Source: the human T2T-CHM13v2.0 reference genome, Homo sapiens
Assembly: GCF_009914755.1 (NCBI RefSeq)
Contig: NC_060933.1
DNA length: 64,000 nt
Direction: 5' to 3' (one strand)
Shown here: in pieces, positions 25,401 to 38,900 of the stretch
How positions within the stretch are numbered: position 1 is the first letter of the stretch
How the letters are laid out: each line of letters starts with the position of its first letter
The notes under the pieces: generated by a model
What the model saw: only the letters and a program-made list of their open reading frames with translations
Databases searched by the model: none
Told to the model about the DNA's origin: nothing
Position numbers and translations under genes: made by a program

Positions 25401-28400
25401 TCCATTCCATTCCATACCATTCCATTCCATTCCATTCCATTCCGTTCCATTCCGTTCCATTCCATTCCATTCTATTGCATTCCATTGCAATCGAGTTGAA
25501 TCCATTGCATTTCATTCCATTCCATTCCATTCCATTCCATTCCATTCCGGAAGATTCCATTCCATTGCATTCCATTCCATTCCATTCCCCTGCACTCGCG
25601 TTGATTCCATTCCATTCCATTCCATTCCATTCCATTCCGTTCCGTTCCGCTCCGTTCCATTTCATTCCATTCCATTCCATTCCATTCCGTTCCGTTCCAT
25701 TCCATTCCATTCCATTCCACTCTATTCGGGTTAATTCCATTCCATTCCATTCGATTGCAATCGAGTTGATTCCATTCCATTCCATTCCATTCCATTCCAT
25801 TCCTTTCCCCTGTACTCGGGTTGATTCCATTCCATTCCATTCCAATCCATGCCATTCCACTCGTGTTGATTCCATTTTTTCCATTCCATTCAAGATGAAT
25901 CCATTCCATTGCATTCCATTCCATTCGATTCCATTCGTTTGCACTCGTGTTGATTCCATGGCATTGCATTCCATTTCATTGCATTCCATTTCATTCCATT
26001 CCATTCCTTTCCATTCCATTCCATTCCATTCGGATTCATTCTATTCAATTCCCTTACACTCCATTACATTACATTCCATTCGGGTTGTTCCATTCTATTC
26101 CATTCCATTCCACTCCATTCCATTGCACTGGGGTTGATTCCATTCCATTCCTTTCCATTCCATTCCATTCCATTCCGGATGATTCCATTCCATTGCATTC
26201 CGTTCCATTCCATTCCCCTGCAGTCGCGTTGATTCCATTCCATTCCATTCCATTCCATTCCATTCCATTCCATTCCATTCCATTGTACTCGGGTTGATTC
26301 CATTCCATTGCGTTCCATTCCATTCCATTCCATTCCATTCCATTCTATTCCATTCCATTCCGTTGCTTTCCATTCCATTACATTCGGATTGATTCTATTC
26401 AACTCCCTTACTCTCCATTACATTCCATTCCATTCGGGTTCTTCCATTCCATTCCATTCCATTCCACTCCATTCCATTGCACTCGGGTTGATTCCATTCC
26501 ATTCCATTCCATTCCATTCATTCCGGATGATTCCATTCCATTGCATTCCGTTCCATTACATTCCCCTGCACTCGCGTTGATTCCATTCCATTCCATTCCA
26601 TTCCATTCAATTCCATTCCATTACAATTCGTTCCATTCCATTCTATTCCGTACCATTCCATTCCATTCCATACAATTCCATTCCATTCCATTCCATTCCA
26701 TTCCGTTCCATTCCGTTCCATTCCATTCCATTCCATTCTATTCGGGTTAATTCCATTCCATTCCATTCCGTTCCATTCCATTGCATTCCATTCCATTGCA
26801 TTCCATTCCGTTCCATTCCGTTCCATTCCATTCCATTCCATTCTATTCGGGTTAATTCCATTCCATTCCATTCCATTCCATTCCATTCCATTCTATTCCA
26901 TTCCATTGCAATCGAGTTGAATCCATTGCATTTCATTCCATTCCATTCCATTCCATTCCATTCCGGAAGATTCCACTCCATTGCATTCCATTCCATTCCA
27001 TTCCCCTGCACTCGCGTTGATTCCATTCCATTCCATTCCATTCCATTCCATTCCATTCCGTTCCGTTCCGTTCCATTCCATTCCATTCCATTCCGTTCCG
27101 TTCCATTCCATTCCATTCCATTCCATTCTATTCGGGTTAATTCCATTCCATTCCATTCGATTGCAATCGAGTTGATTCCATTCCATTCCATTCCATTCCA
27201 TTCCATTCCATTCCTTTCCATTACATTACGGATGATTCCATTCCATTCCATTCCATTCCATTCCTTTCCCCTGTACTCGGGTTGATTCCATTCCATTCCA
27301 TTCCAATCCATGCCATTCCACTCGTGTTGATTCCATTCTTTCCATTCCATTCAAGATGAATCCATTCCATTGCATTCCATTCCATTCGATTCCATTCGTT
27401 TGCACTCGTGTTGATTCCATGGCATTGCATTCCATTCCATTCCATTCCATTCCATTCCATTCCATTCCATTCCTTTCCATTCCATTCCATTCCATTCGGA
27501 TTCATTCTATTCAATTCCCTTACACTCCATTACATTCCATTCCATTCGGGTTGTTCCATTCCATTCCATTCCATTCCACTCCATTCCATTGCACTCGGGT
27601 TGATTCCATTCCATTCCTTTCCATTCCATTCCATTCCATTCCGGATGATTCCATTCCATTGCATTCCGTTCCATTCCATTCCCCTGCACTCGCGTTGATT
27701 CCATTCCATTCCATTCCATTCCATTCAATTCCATTCCATTACAATTCGTTCCATTCCTTTCTATTCCGTACCATTCCATTCAATTCCATACCATTCCATT
27801 CCATTCCATTCCATTCCATTCAGTTCCATTCCGTTCCATTCCATTCCATTCCATTTTATTCGGGTTAATTCCATTCCATTCCATTCCATTCCATTCCATT
27901 CTATTCCATTCCATTGCAGTCGAGTTGAATCCATTGCATTTCATTCCATTCCATTCCATTCCATTCCATTCCGGAAGATTCCATTCCACTGCATTCCATT
28001 CCATTCCATTCCATTCCATTCCATTCCATTCCGTTCCATTCCATTACATTCGGATTGATTCTATTCAATTCCCTTACACTGCATTCCATTCCATTCCATT
28101 CGGGTAGTTTCCATTCCATTCCATTCCATTCCTCTCCATTCCATTGCACTCGGGTTGATTCCATTCCATTGCATTCCATTCCATTCCATTCAATTCCATT
28201 CCGTTCCATTCCATTCCATTATATTCGGATTGATTCTATTCAACTCCCTTACGCTCCATTACATTCCATTGCATTCGGGTTGTTCCATTCCATTCTACTC
28301 CATTCCATTGCACTCGGGTTGATTCCGTTCCATTCCATTCCATTCCTTTCCATTCCATTCCGGAAGATTCCACTCCATTGCATTCCATTCCATTCCATTC

Positions 28401-31400
28401 CCCTGCACTCACGTTGATTCCATTCCATTCCACTCCATTCCATTCCATTCAATTCCTTTCGGTTCCATTCCATTCCATTCCATTCCATTACATTCCATTC
28501 CGTTCCGTTCCATTCCATTCCATTCCATTCTATTCGGGTTAATTCCATTCCATTCCATTCGATTGCAATCGAGTTGATTCCATTCCATTCCATTCCATTC
28601 CATTCCATTCCATTCCATTCCATTCCTTTCTATTCCATTACGGTTGATTCCATTCCATTGCATTCCATTCCATTCCATTCCCCTGTACTCGGGTTGATTC
28701 CATTCCCTTCCATTCCAATCCATGCCATTCCACTCGTGTTGATTCCATTCTTTCCATTCCATTCAAGTTGAATCTATTCCATTGCATTCCATTCCATTCC
28801 ATTCCCCTGAAGTCGGGTTGATTCCATTCCATTCCATTCCATTCAATTCCATTCCATTCCATTCCATTCCTTTCCATTACATTACGGATGGTTCCATTCC
28901 ACTTCATTCCATTCCATTCCTTTCCATTACATTACGGATGATTCCATTCCATTTCATTCCATTCCATTCCATTCCCCAGTACTCGGGTTGATGCCATTCC
29001 ATTCCATTCCAATCCATGGCATTCCACTCGTGTTGATTCCATTCTTTCCATTCCATTCAAGATGAATCCATTCCATTGCATTCCATTCCATTCGATTCCA
29101 TTCGTTTGCACTCGTGTTGATTCCATGGCATTGCATTCCATTCCGTTCCATTCCATTCCTTTCCATTCCATTCAATTCCTTTCCATTCCATTCCATTCCA
29201 TTCGGATTCATTCTATTCAATTCCCTTACACTCCATTACGTTACATTCCATTCGGGTTGTTCCATTCCATTCCATTCCATTTCACTCCATTCCATTGCAC
29301 TCCGGTTGATTCCATTCCATTCCATTCCATTCCATTCCGGATGATTCCATTCCATTGCATTCCGTTCTATTCCATTCCCCTGCACTCGCGCTGATTCCAT
29401 TCCATTCCATTCAATTCCATTCCATTACAATTCGTTCCATTCCATTCTATTCCGTACCATTCCATTCAATTCCATACCATTCCATTCCATTCCATTCCAT
29501 TCCATTCCATTCAGTTCCATTCCGTTCCATTCTATTCCATTCCATTCTATTCGGGTTAATTCCATTCCATTCCATTCCATTCCATTCCATTCCATTCCAT
29601 TCCATTCCATTCTATTCCATTCCATTGCAATCGAGTTGAATCCATTGCATTTCATTCCATTCCATTCCATTCCATTCCATTCCATTCCGGAAAATTCCAT
29701 TCCATTGCATTCCTTTCATTCCATTCCCCTGCACTCGCGTTGATTCCATTCCATTCCATTCCATTCCATTCCATTCCGTTCCGTTCCGTACCATTCCATT
29801 CCATTCCATTCCATTCCATTTCGTTCCGTTCCATTCCATTCCATTCCATTCTATTCGGGTTATTTCCATTCCATTACATTCGATTGCAATCGAGTTGATT
29901 CCATTCCATTCCATTCCATTCCATTCCATTCCATTCCATTCCATTCCATTCCATTCCATTACGGATGATTCCATTCCATTGCATTCCATTCCATTCCATT
30001 CCCCTGTACTCGGGTTGACTCCATTCCCTTCCATTCCAATCCATGCCATTCCACTCGTGTTGATTCCATTCTTTCCATTCCATTCAAGTTGAATCCATTC
30101 CATTGCATTCCATTCCATTCCATTCCCCTGCAATCGGATTGATTCCAATCCATTCCATTCCATTTCATTCCATTCCATTCCGTTCCGTTCCGTTCCGTTC
30201 TGTTCCATTCCATTCCATTCCATTCTATTCGGTTTAATTCCATTCCATTCCATTCCATTCCATTCCATTCCATTCCATACCAATCGAGTTGATTCCATTC
30301 CATTCCATTCCACTCCATTCCAGTCCTTTCCATTCCATTCCACTCGGGTTGATTCCATTCTATTCCTTTCCATTCCATTCCATTCCATTGCAATCGAGTT
30401 GATTCCATTGCTTTGCATTCCATTCCTTTCCATTCCATTCCGGACGATTCCATTCCATTGCATTCCATTCCATTCCATTCCCCTGCACTCGGGTTGATTC
30501 CATTCCATTCCACTCCATTCCGTTCCATTCCATTCCATTCCATTGTATTCGGGTTAATTCCATTCCATTCCATTCCAGTCCTTTCCATTCCATTCCACTC
30601 ATGTGGATTCCTTTCTATTTGTTTCCATTCCATTCCATTCCCTTCCAATCCACTCTGGCTGATTCCATTCCTTTCCATTCCACTCGAATACATTCCCTCT
30701 TATTCCACTCGGAACGATTCCATTCCATTCCATTCCATTCCATTCCATTCTATTCCATTCCATTCCATTTCGTTCCATTCCATTCTGTTCCGTACATTCC
30801 ATTCCATTCCATTCCATTCCACTCGTGTTGATTCCATTCCTTTCCATTCCATTCGGTTTGAAGGCATTCCATTCCATTCAATTCCATTCCATTTCATTCC
30901 ATTCCATTCCATTCCATTCCATTCCATTCCATTCCATTCCAATGTACTCGGGTTGATTCCATTCCATTTCATTCCATTCCATTCCATTCCATTCCATTCC
31001 ATTCCATTCCATTCCGTTGCTTTCCATTCCATTACATTCGGATTGATTCTATTCAACTCCCTTACTCTCCATTACATTCCATTCCATTCGGGTTGTTCCA
31101 TTCCATTCCATTCCATTCCACTCCATTCCATTGCACTCGGGTTGATTCCATTCCATTCCATTCCATTCCATTCCATTCCATTCCATTCCGGATGATTCCA
31201 TTCCATTGCATTCCGTTCCATTATATTCCCCTGCACTCGCGTTGATTCCCTTCCATTCCATTCCATTCCATTCAATTCCATTCCATTACAATTCGTTCCA
31301 TTCCATTCTATTCCATACCATTCCATTCCATTCCATTCCATACCATTCCATTCCATTCCATTCCATTGCATTCCATTCCATTCCGTTCCATTCCGTTCCA

Positions 31401-34400
31401 TTCCATTCCATTACATTCTACTCGGGTTAATTCCATTCCATTCCATTCCATTCCATTCCATTCCATTCCATTCCATTCTATTCCATTCCATTGCAATCGA
31501 GTTGAATCCATTGCATTTCATTCCATTCCATTCCATTCCATTCCATTGCATTCCATTCCATTCCATTCCCCTGCACTCGCGTTGATTCCATTCCATTCCA
31601 TTCCATTCCATTCCATTCCATTCCATTCCGTTCCGTTCCGTTCCGTTCCATTCCATTCCATTCCATTCCATTCCATTCCGTTCCGTTCCATTCCATTCCA
31701 TTCCATTCCATTCTATTCGGGTTAATTCCATTCCATTCCATTCGATTGCAATCGAGTTGATTCCATTCCATTCCATTCCATTCCATTCCATTCCATTCCA
31801 TTCCATTCCTTTCCATTACATTACGGATGATTCCATTCCATTTCATTCCATTCCATTCCATTCCCCTGTACTCGGGTTGATTCCATTCCATTCCATTCCA
31901 ATCCATGGCATTCCACTCGTGTTGACTCCATTCTTGCCATTCCATTCAAGATGAATCCATTCCATTGTATTCCATTCCATTCGATTCCATTCGTTTGCAC
32001 TCGTGTTGATTCCATGGCATTGTATTCCATTCCATTCCATTCCATTCCATTCCTTTCCTTTCCATTCCATTCCATTACATTCGGATTCATTCTATTCAAT
32101 TCCCTTACACTCCATTACATTACATTCCAGTCGGGTTGTTCCATTCCATTCCATTCCATTCCACTCCATTCCATTGCACTCGGGTTGATTCCATTCCATT
32201 CCATTCCATTCCATTCCGGATGATTCCATTCCATTGCATTCCGTTCCATTCCATTCCCCTGCACTCGCGCTGATTCCATTCCATTCCATTCCATTCCATT
32301 CCATTCCATTCCTTTACAATTCGTTCTATTCCATTCTATTCCGTACCATTCCATTCAATTCCATACCATTCCATTCCATTAAATTCCATTCCATTCCATT
32401 CAGTTCCATTGCATTCCATTCCATTCCATTCCATTCTATTCGGGTTAATTCCATTCCATTCCATTCCATTCCATTCCATTCCATTCCATTCTATTCCATT
32501 CCATTGCAATCGAGTTGAATCCATTGCATTTCATTCCATTCCATTCCATTGCATTCCGGAAGATTCCATTCCATTGCATTCCATTCCATTCCATTCCCCT
32601 GCACTCGCGTTGATTCCATTCCATTCCATTCCATTCCATTCCATTCCGTTCCGTTCCGTAACATTCCATTCCATTCCATTCCATTCCATTCCGTTCCGTT
32701 CCATTCCATTCCATTCCATTCTATTTGGGTTAATTCCATTCCATTCCATTCGATTGCAATCGAGTTGATTCCATTCCATTCCATTCCATTCCATTCCATT
32801 CCATTCCATTCCTTTCCATTCCATTACGGATGATTCCATTCCATTGCATTCCATTCCATTCCATTCCCCTGTACTCGGGTTGATTCCATTCCATTCCATT
32901 CAAATCCATGCCATTCCACTCGGGTTGATTCCATTCTTTCCATTCCATTCAAGTTGAATCCATTCCATTGCATTCCATTCCATTGGATTCCATTGGATTG
33001 CACTCGGGTTGATTCCATTCCATTGCATTCCATTCCATTCCATTCCATTCCATTCCGTTCCATTCCGTTCCATTCCATTACATTCGGATTGATTCTATTC
33101 AATTCCCTTACACTGCATTCCATTCCATTCCATTCGGGTAGTTTCCATTCCATTCCATTACATTCCTCTCCATTCCATTGCACTCGGGTTGATTCCATTC
33201 CATTGCATTCCATTGCATTCCATTCAATTCCATTCCGTTCCATTACATTCCATTACATTCGGATTGATTCTATTCAACTCCCTTACTCTCCATTACATTC
33301 CATTCCATTCGGGTTGTTCCATTCCATTCCACTCCATTCCATTGCACTCGGGTTGATTCCATTCCATTCCATTCCATTCCATTCCATTCCATTCCATTCC
33401 GGAAGATTCCATTCCATTGCATTCCATTCCATTCCATTCCCCTGCACTCGCGTTGATTCCATTTCATTCCACTCCTTTCCATTCCATTCCATTCCTTTCG
33501 GTTCCATTCCATTCCATTCCAATCCATTCCATTCCATTCAATTCCGTTCCGTTCCATTCCATTCCATTCCATTATATTCGGGTTAATTCCATTCCATTCC
33601 ATTCGATTGCAATCGAGTTGATTCCATTCCATTCCATTCCATTCCATTCCATTGCTTTCTATTCCATTACGGATGATTCCATTCCATTGCATTCCATTCC
33701 ATTCCATTCCCCTGTACTCGGTTTGATTCCATTCCCTTCCATTACAATCCATGCCATTCCACTCGTGTTGATTCCATTCTTTCCATTCCATTCAAGTTGA
33801 ATCCATTCCATTGCATTCCATTCCATTCCATTCCCCTGCAGTCGGGTTGATTCCATTCCATTCCATTCCATTCCATTCCATTCCGTTCCGTTCCGTTCCA
33901 TTCCATTCCATTCCATTCTATTCGGGTTAATTCCATTCCATTCCATTCCATTCCATTCCATTCAGCTCCATTCCATTCCATTCCATTCCATTCCATTCCA
34001 TTCCATTCTATTCGGGTTAATTCCATTCCATTCCATTCCATTCCATTCCATTCCATTCCATTCTATTCCATTCCATTGCAATCGAGTTGAATCCATTGCA
34101 TTTCATTCCATTCCATTCCATTCCATTCCATTCAATTCCATTCCATTACAATTCGTTCCATTCCATTCTATTCCGTACCATTCTATTCCATTCCGTTCCA
34201 TTCCATTCCTTTACATTCGGATTGATTCTATTCAATTCCCTTAAACTCCATTACATTGCATTCCATTCGGGTAGTTTCCATTCCATTCTATTCCATTCCT
34301 CTCCATTGCATTGCAATCGGGTTGATTCCATTCCATTGCATTCCATTCCATTCCATTCAATTCCATTCCGTTCCATTCCATTCCATTACATTCGCATTGA

Positions 34401-35830
34401 TTCTATTCAACTCCCTTACTCTCCATTACATTCCATTCCATTCGGGTTGTTCCATTCCATTCCATTCCATTCCACTCCATTCCATTGCACTTGGGTTGAT
34501 TCCATTCCATTCCATTCCATTCCATTCCATTCCATTCCGGAAGATTCCATTCCATTGCATTCCATTCCATTCCATTCCCCTGCACTCGCGTTGATTCCAT
34601 TCCATTCCATTCCATTCCATTCCATTCCATTCCATTCCATTCCTTTCCGTTCCATTCCATTCCATTCCATTCCATTCCAATCCATTCCATTCCGTTCCGT
34701 TCCGTTCCATTCCATACTATTCCATTCTATTCGGGTTAATTCCATTCGATTCCATTCGATTGCAATCGAGTTGATTCCATTCCATTCTATTCCATTCCAT
34801 TCCATTCCTTTCCATTCCATTCCATTACGGATGATTCCATTCCATTGCATTCCATTCCATTCCATTCCCCTGTACTCGGGTTGATTCCATTCCATTCCAT
34901 TCCAATCCATGCCATTCCACTCGTGTTGATTCCATTCTTTCCATTCCATTGAAGTTGAATCCATTCCATTGCATTCCATTCCATTCCATTCCCCTGCAGT
35001 CAGTTTGACTCCATTCCATTCCATTCCATTCCATTCCATTCCATTCCATTCCATTCCGTTCCGTTCCATTCCATTCCATTCCATTCTATTCGGGTTAATT
35101 CCATTCCATTCCATTCCATTCCATTCCAATCGAGTTGATTCCATTCCATTCCATTCCATTCCATTCCACTCCATTCCAGTCCTTTCCATTCCATTCCACT
35201 CGGGTTGATTCCAATGTATTCCTTTCCATTTCATTCCATTCCATTGCAATCGAGTTGATTCCATTGCTTTGCATTCCATTCCATTCCATTCCATTCCGTA
35301 TGATTCCATTCCATTGCATTCCATTCCATTCCATTCCCCTGCACTCGGGTTGATTCCATTCCATTCCACTCCATTCCGCTCCATTCCATTCCATTCCAAT
35401 GTATTTGGGTTAATTCCATTCCATTCCATTCCATTCCATTCCGTTACAATCGAGTTGATTCCATTCCATTCCATTCCATTCCAGTCCTTTCCATTCCATT
35501 CCACTCTTGTTGATTCCATTCTATTAGTTTCCATTCCATTCCATTCCCTTCCATTCCACTCTGGTTGATACCATTCCTTTCCATTCCACTCGAATACATT
35601 CCCTCCTATTCCACTCGGAACGATTCCATTCCATTCCATTCCATTCCATTCCATTCCATTCCATTCCATTTCGTTCCATTCCATTCTATTCCGTATCATT
35701 CCATTCCATTCCATTCCATTCCATTCCATTCCATTCCATTCCATTGTACTCGGGTTGATTCAATTCCATTGCATTCCATTCCATTCCATTCCATTCCATT
35801 CCATTACATTCCATTCCGTTGCATTCCATT

Positions 35831-35930
35831 CCATTACATTCGGATTGATTCTATACAACTCCCTTACTCTCCGTTACATTCCATTACATTCGGATTAATT
35901 CTATACAACTCCCTTACTCTCCGTTACATT
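35831..35930 (+). repeat. Tandem duplication of 50 bp of module K
   Basis: 35831-35880 and 35881-35930 read CCATTACATTCGGATT(G/A)ATTCTATACAACTCCCTTACTCTCCGTTACATT, with a single mismatch. Confidence 0.95.
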
Positions 35931-38900
35931 CCATTGCACTCGGGTTGATTCCATTCCATTCCATTCCATTCCATTCCATTCCATTCCATTCCGGATTATT
36001 CCATTCCATTGCATTCCGTTCCATTACATTCCCCTGCACTCGCGTTGATTCCATTCCATTCCATTCCATTCCATTCAATTCCATTCCGTTACAATTCGTT
36101 CCATTCCATTCTATTCCGTACCATTCCATTCCATTCCATATCATTCCATTCCATTCCATTCCATTCCATTCCGTTCCATTCCATTCCATTCCATTCCATT
36201 CCATTCTATTCGGATTAATTCCATTCCATTCCATTCCATTCCATTCTATTCCATTCCATTGCAATCGAGTTGAATCCATTGCATTTCATTCCATTCCATT
36301 TCATTCCATTCCATTCCGGAAGATTCCATTCCATTCCATTCCATTCCATTCCATTCCCCTACAGTCGCGTTGATTCCATTCCATTCCATTCCATTCCATT
36401 CCGTTCCGTTCCGTTCCATTCCATTCCATTCCATTCCATTTCATTCCGTTCCGTTCCATTCCATTCCATTCCATTCCATTCTATTCGGGTTAATTCCATT
36501 CCATTCCATTCGATTGTAATCGAGTTGATTCCATTCCATTCCATTCCATTCCCTTCCATTCCATTCCTTTCCATTCCATTACGGATGATTACATTCCATT
36601 GCATTCCATTCCATTCCATTCCCCTGGACTCGGGTTGATTCCATTCCATTCCATTCCAATCCATGCCATTCCACTCGTGTTGATTCCATTCTTTCCATTC
36701 CATTCAAGTTGAATCCAATCCATTGCATTGCATTCCATTCGATTCCATTCTATTGCACTCGGGTTGATTCAATTCCATTGCATTCCATTCCATTCCATTC
36801 CATTCCATTCCGTTGCATTCCATTCCATTACATTCGGATTGATTCTATTCAACTCCCTTACTCTCCATTCCATTCCATTCCATTCGGGTTGTTCCATTCC
36901 ATTCCATTCCATTCCACTCCATTCCATTGCACTCGGGTTGATTCCATTCCATTCCATTCCATTCAATTCCATTCCGGATGATTCCATTCCATTACATTCC
37001 GTTCCATTACATTCCCCTGCACTCGCGTTGATTCCATTCCATTCCATTCCATTCCATTCAATTCCATTCCATTACAATTCGTTCCATTCCATTCTATTCC
37101 GTACCATTCCATTCCATTCCATACCATTCCATTCCATTCCATTCCATTCCATTCCATTCCATTCCATTCCGTTCCATTCCATTCCATTCCATTCTATTCG
37201 GGTTAATTCCATTCCATTCCATTCCATTCCATTCCATTCTATTCCATTCCATTGCAATCGAGTTGAATCCATTGCATTTCATTCCATTCCATTCCATTCC
37301 ATTCCATTCCGGAATATTCCATTCCATTGCATTCCATTCCATTCCATTCCCCTGCACCCGCGTTGATTCCATTCCATTCCATTCCATTCCATTCCATCCA
37401 TTCCATTCCGTTCTGTTCCATTCCATTCCATTCCATTCCGTTCCGTTCCATTCCATTCCACTCCATTCTATTCGGGTTAATTCCATTCCATTCCATTCGA
37501 TTGCAATCGATTTGATTCCATTCCATTCCATTCCATTCCATTCCATTCCATTCCTTTCCATTCCATTACGGATGATTCCATTCCATTGCATTCCATTCCA
37601 TTCCATTCCCCTGTACTCGGGTTGATTCCATTCCATTCCATTCCAATCCATGCCATTCCACTCGTGTTGATTCCATTCTTTCCATTCCATTCAAGTTGAA
37701 TCCATTCCATTGCATTCTATTCCATTCGATTCCATTCGATTGCACTCGGGTTGATTCCTTTCCATTGCATTCCATTCCATTCCATTCCATTCCATTCCAT
37801 TCCATTCCGTTGCATTCCATTCCATTACATTCGGATTGATTCTATTCAACTCCCTTACTCTCCATTACATTCCATTCCATTCGGGTTGTTCCATTCCATT
37901 CCATTCCATTCCACTCCATTCCATTGCACTCGGGTTGATTGCATTCCATTCCATTCCATTCCATTCCGTTCCGTTCCATTCCATTCCATTCCATTCCTTT
38001 CCATTCCATTCCATTCCATTCTATTCGGGTTAATTCCATTCCATTCCATTCGATTGTAATCGAGTTGATTCCATTCCATTCCATTCCATTCCATTCCATT
38101 CCATTCCATTCCATTCCGGATGATTCCATTCCATTGCATTCCGTTCCATTACATTCCCCTGCACTCGCGTTGATTCCATTGCATTCCATTCAATTCCATT
38201 CCATTACAATTCGTTCCATTCCATTCTATTCCGTACCATTCCATTCCATTCCATACCATTCCATTCCATTCCATTCCATTCCATTCCGTTCCATTCCGTT
38301 CCATTGCATTCCATTCCATTCTATTCGGGTTAATTCCATTCCATTCCATTCCATTCCATTCTATTCCATTCCATTGCAATCGAGTTGAATCCATTGCATT
38401 TCATTCCATTAAATTCCATTCCATTCCATTCCGGAAGATTCCATTCCATTGCATTCCATTCCATTCCATTCCCCTGCACTCGCATTGATTCCATTCCATT
38501 CCATTCCATTCCATTCCGTTCCGTTCCATTCCATTCCATTCCATTCCATTCCATTCCGTTCCATTCCATTCCATTCCATTCTATTCGGGTTAATTCCATT
38601 CCATTCCATTCGATTGCAATCGAGTTGATTCCATTCCATTCCATTCCATTCCATTCCATTCCTTTCCATTCCATTACGGATGATTCCATTCCATTGCATT
38701 CCATTCCATTCCATTCCCCTGTACTCGGGTTGATTCCATTCCATTCCATTCCAATCCATGCCATTCCACTCGTGTTGATTCCATTCTTTCCATTCCATTC
38801 AAGTTGAATCCATTCCATTGCATTCCATTCAATTTGATTCCATTCGATTGCACTCGGGTTGATTCCATTCCATTGCATTCCATTCCATTCCATTCCATTC

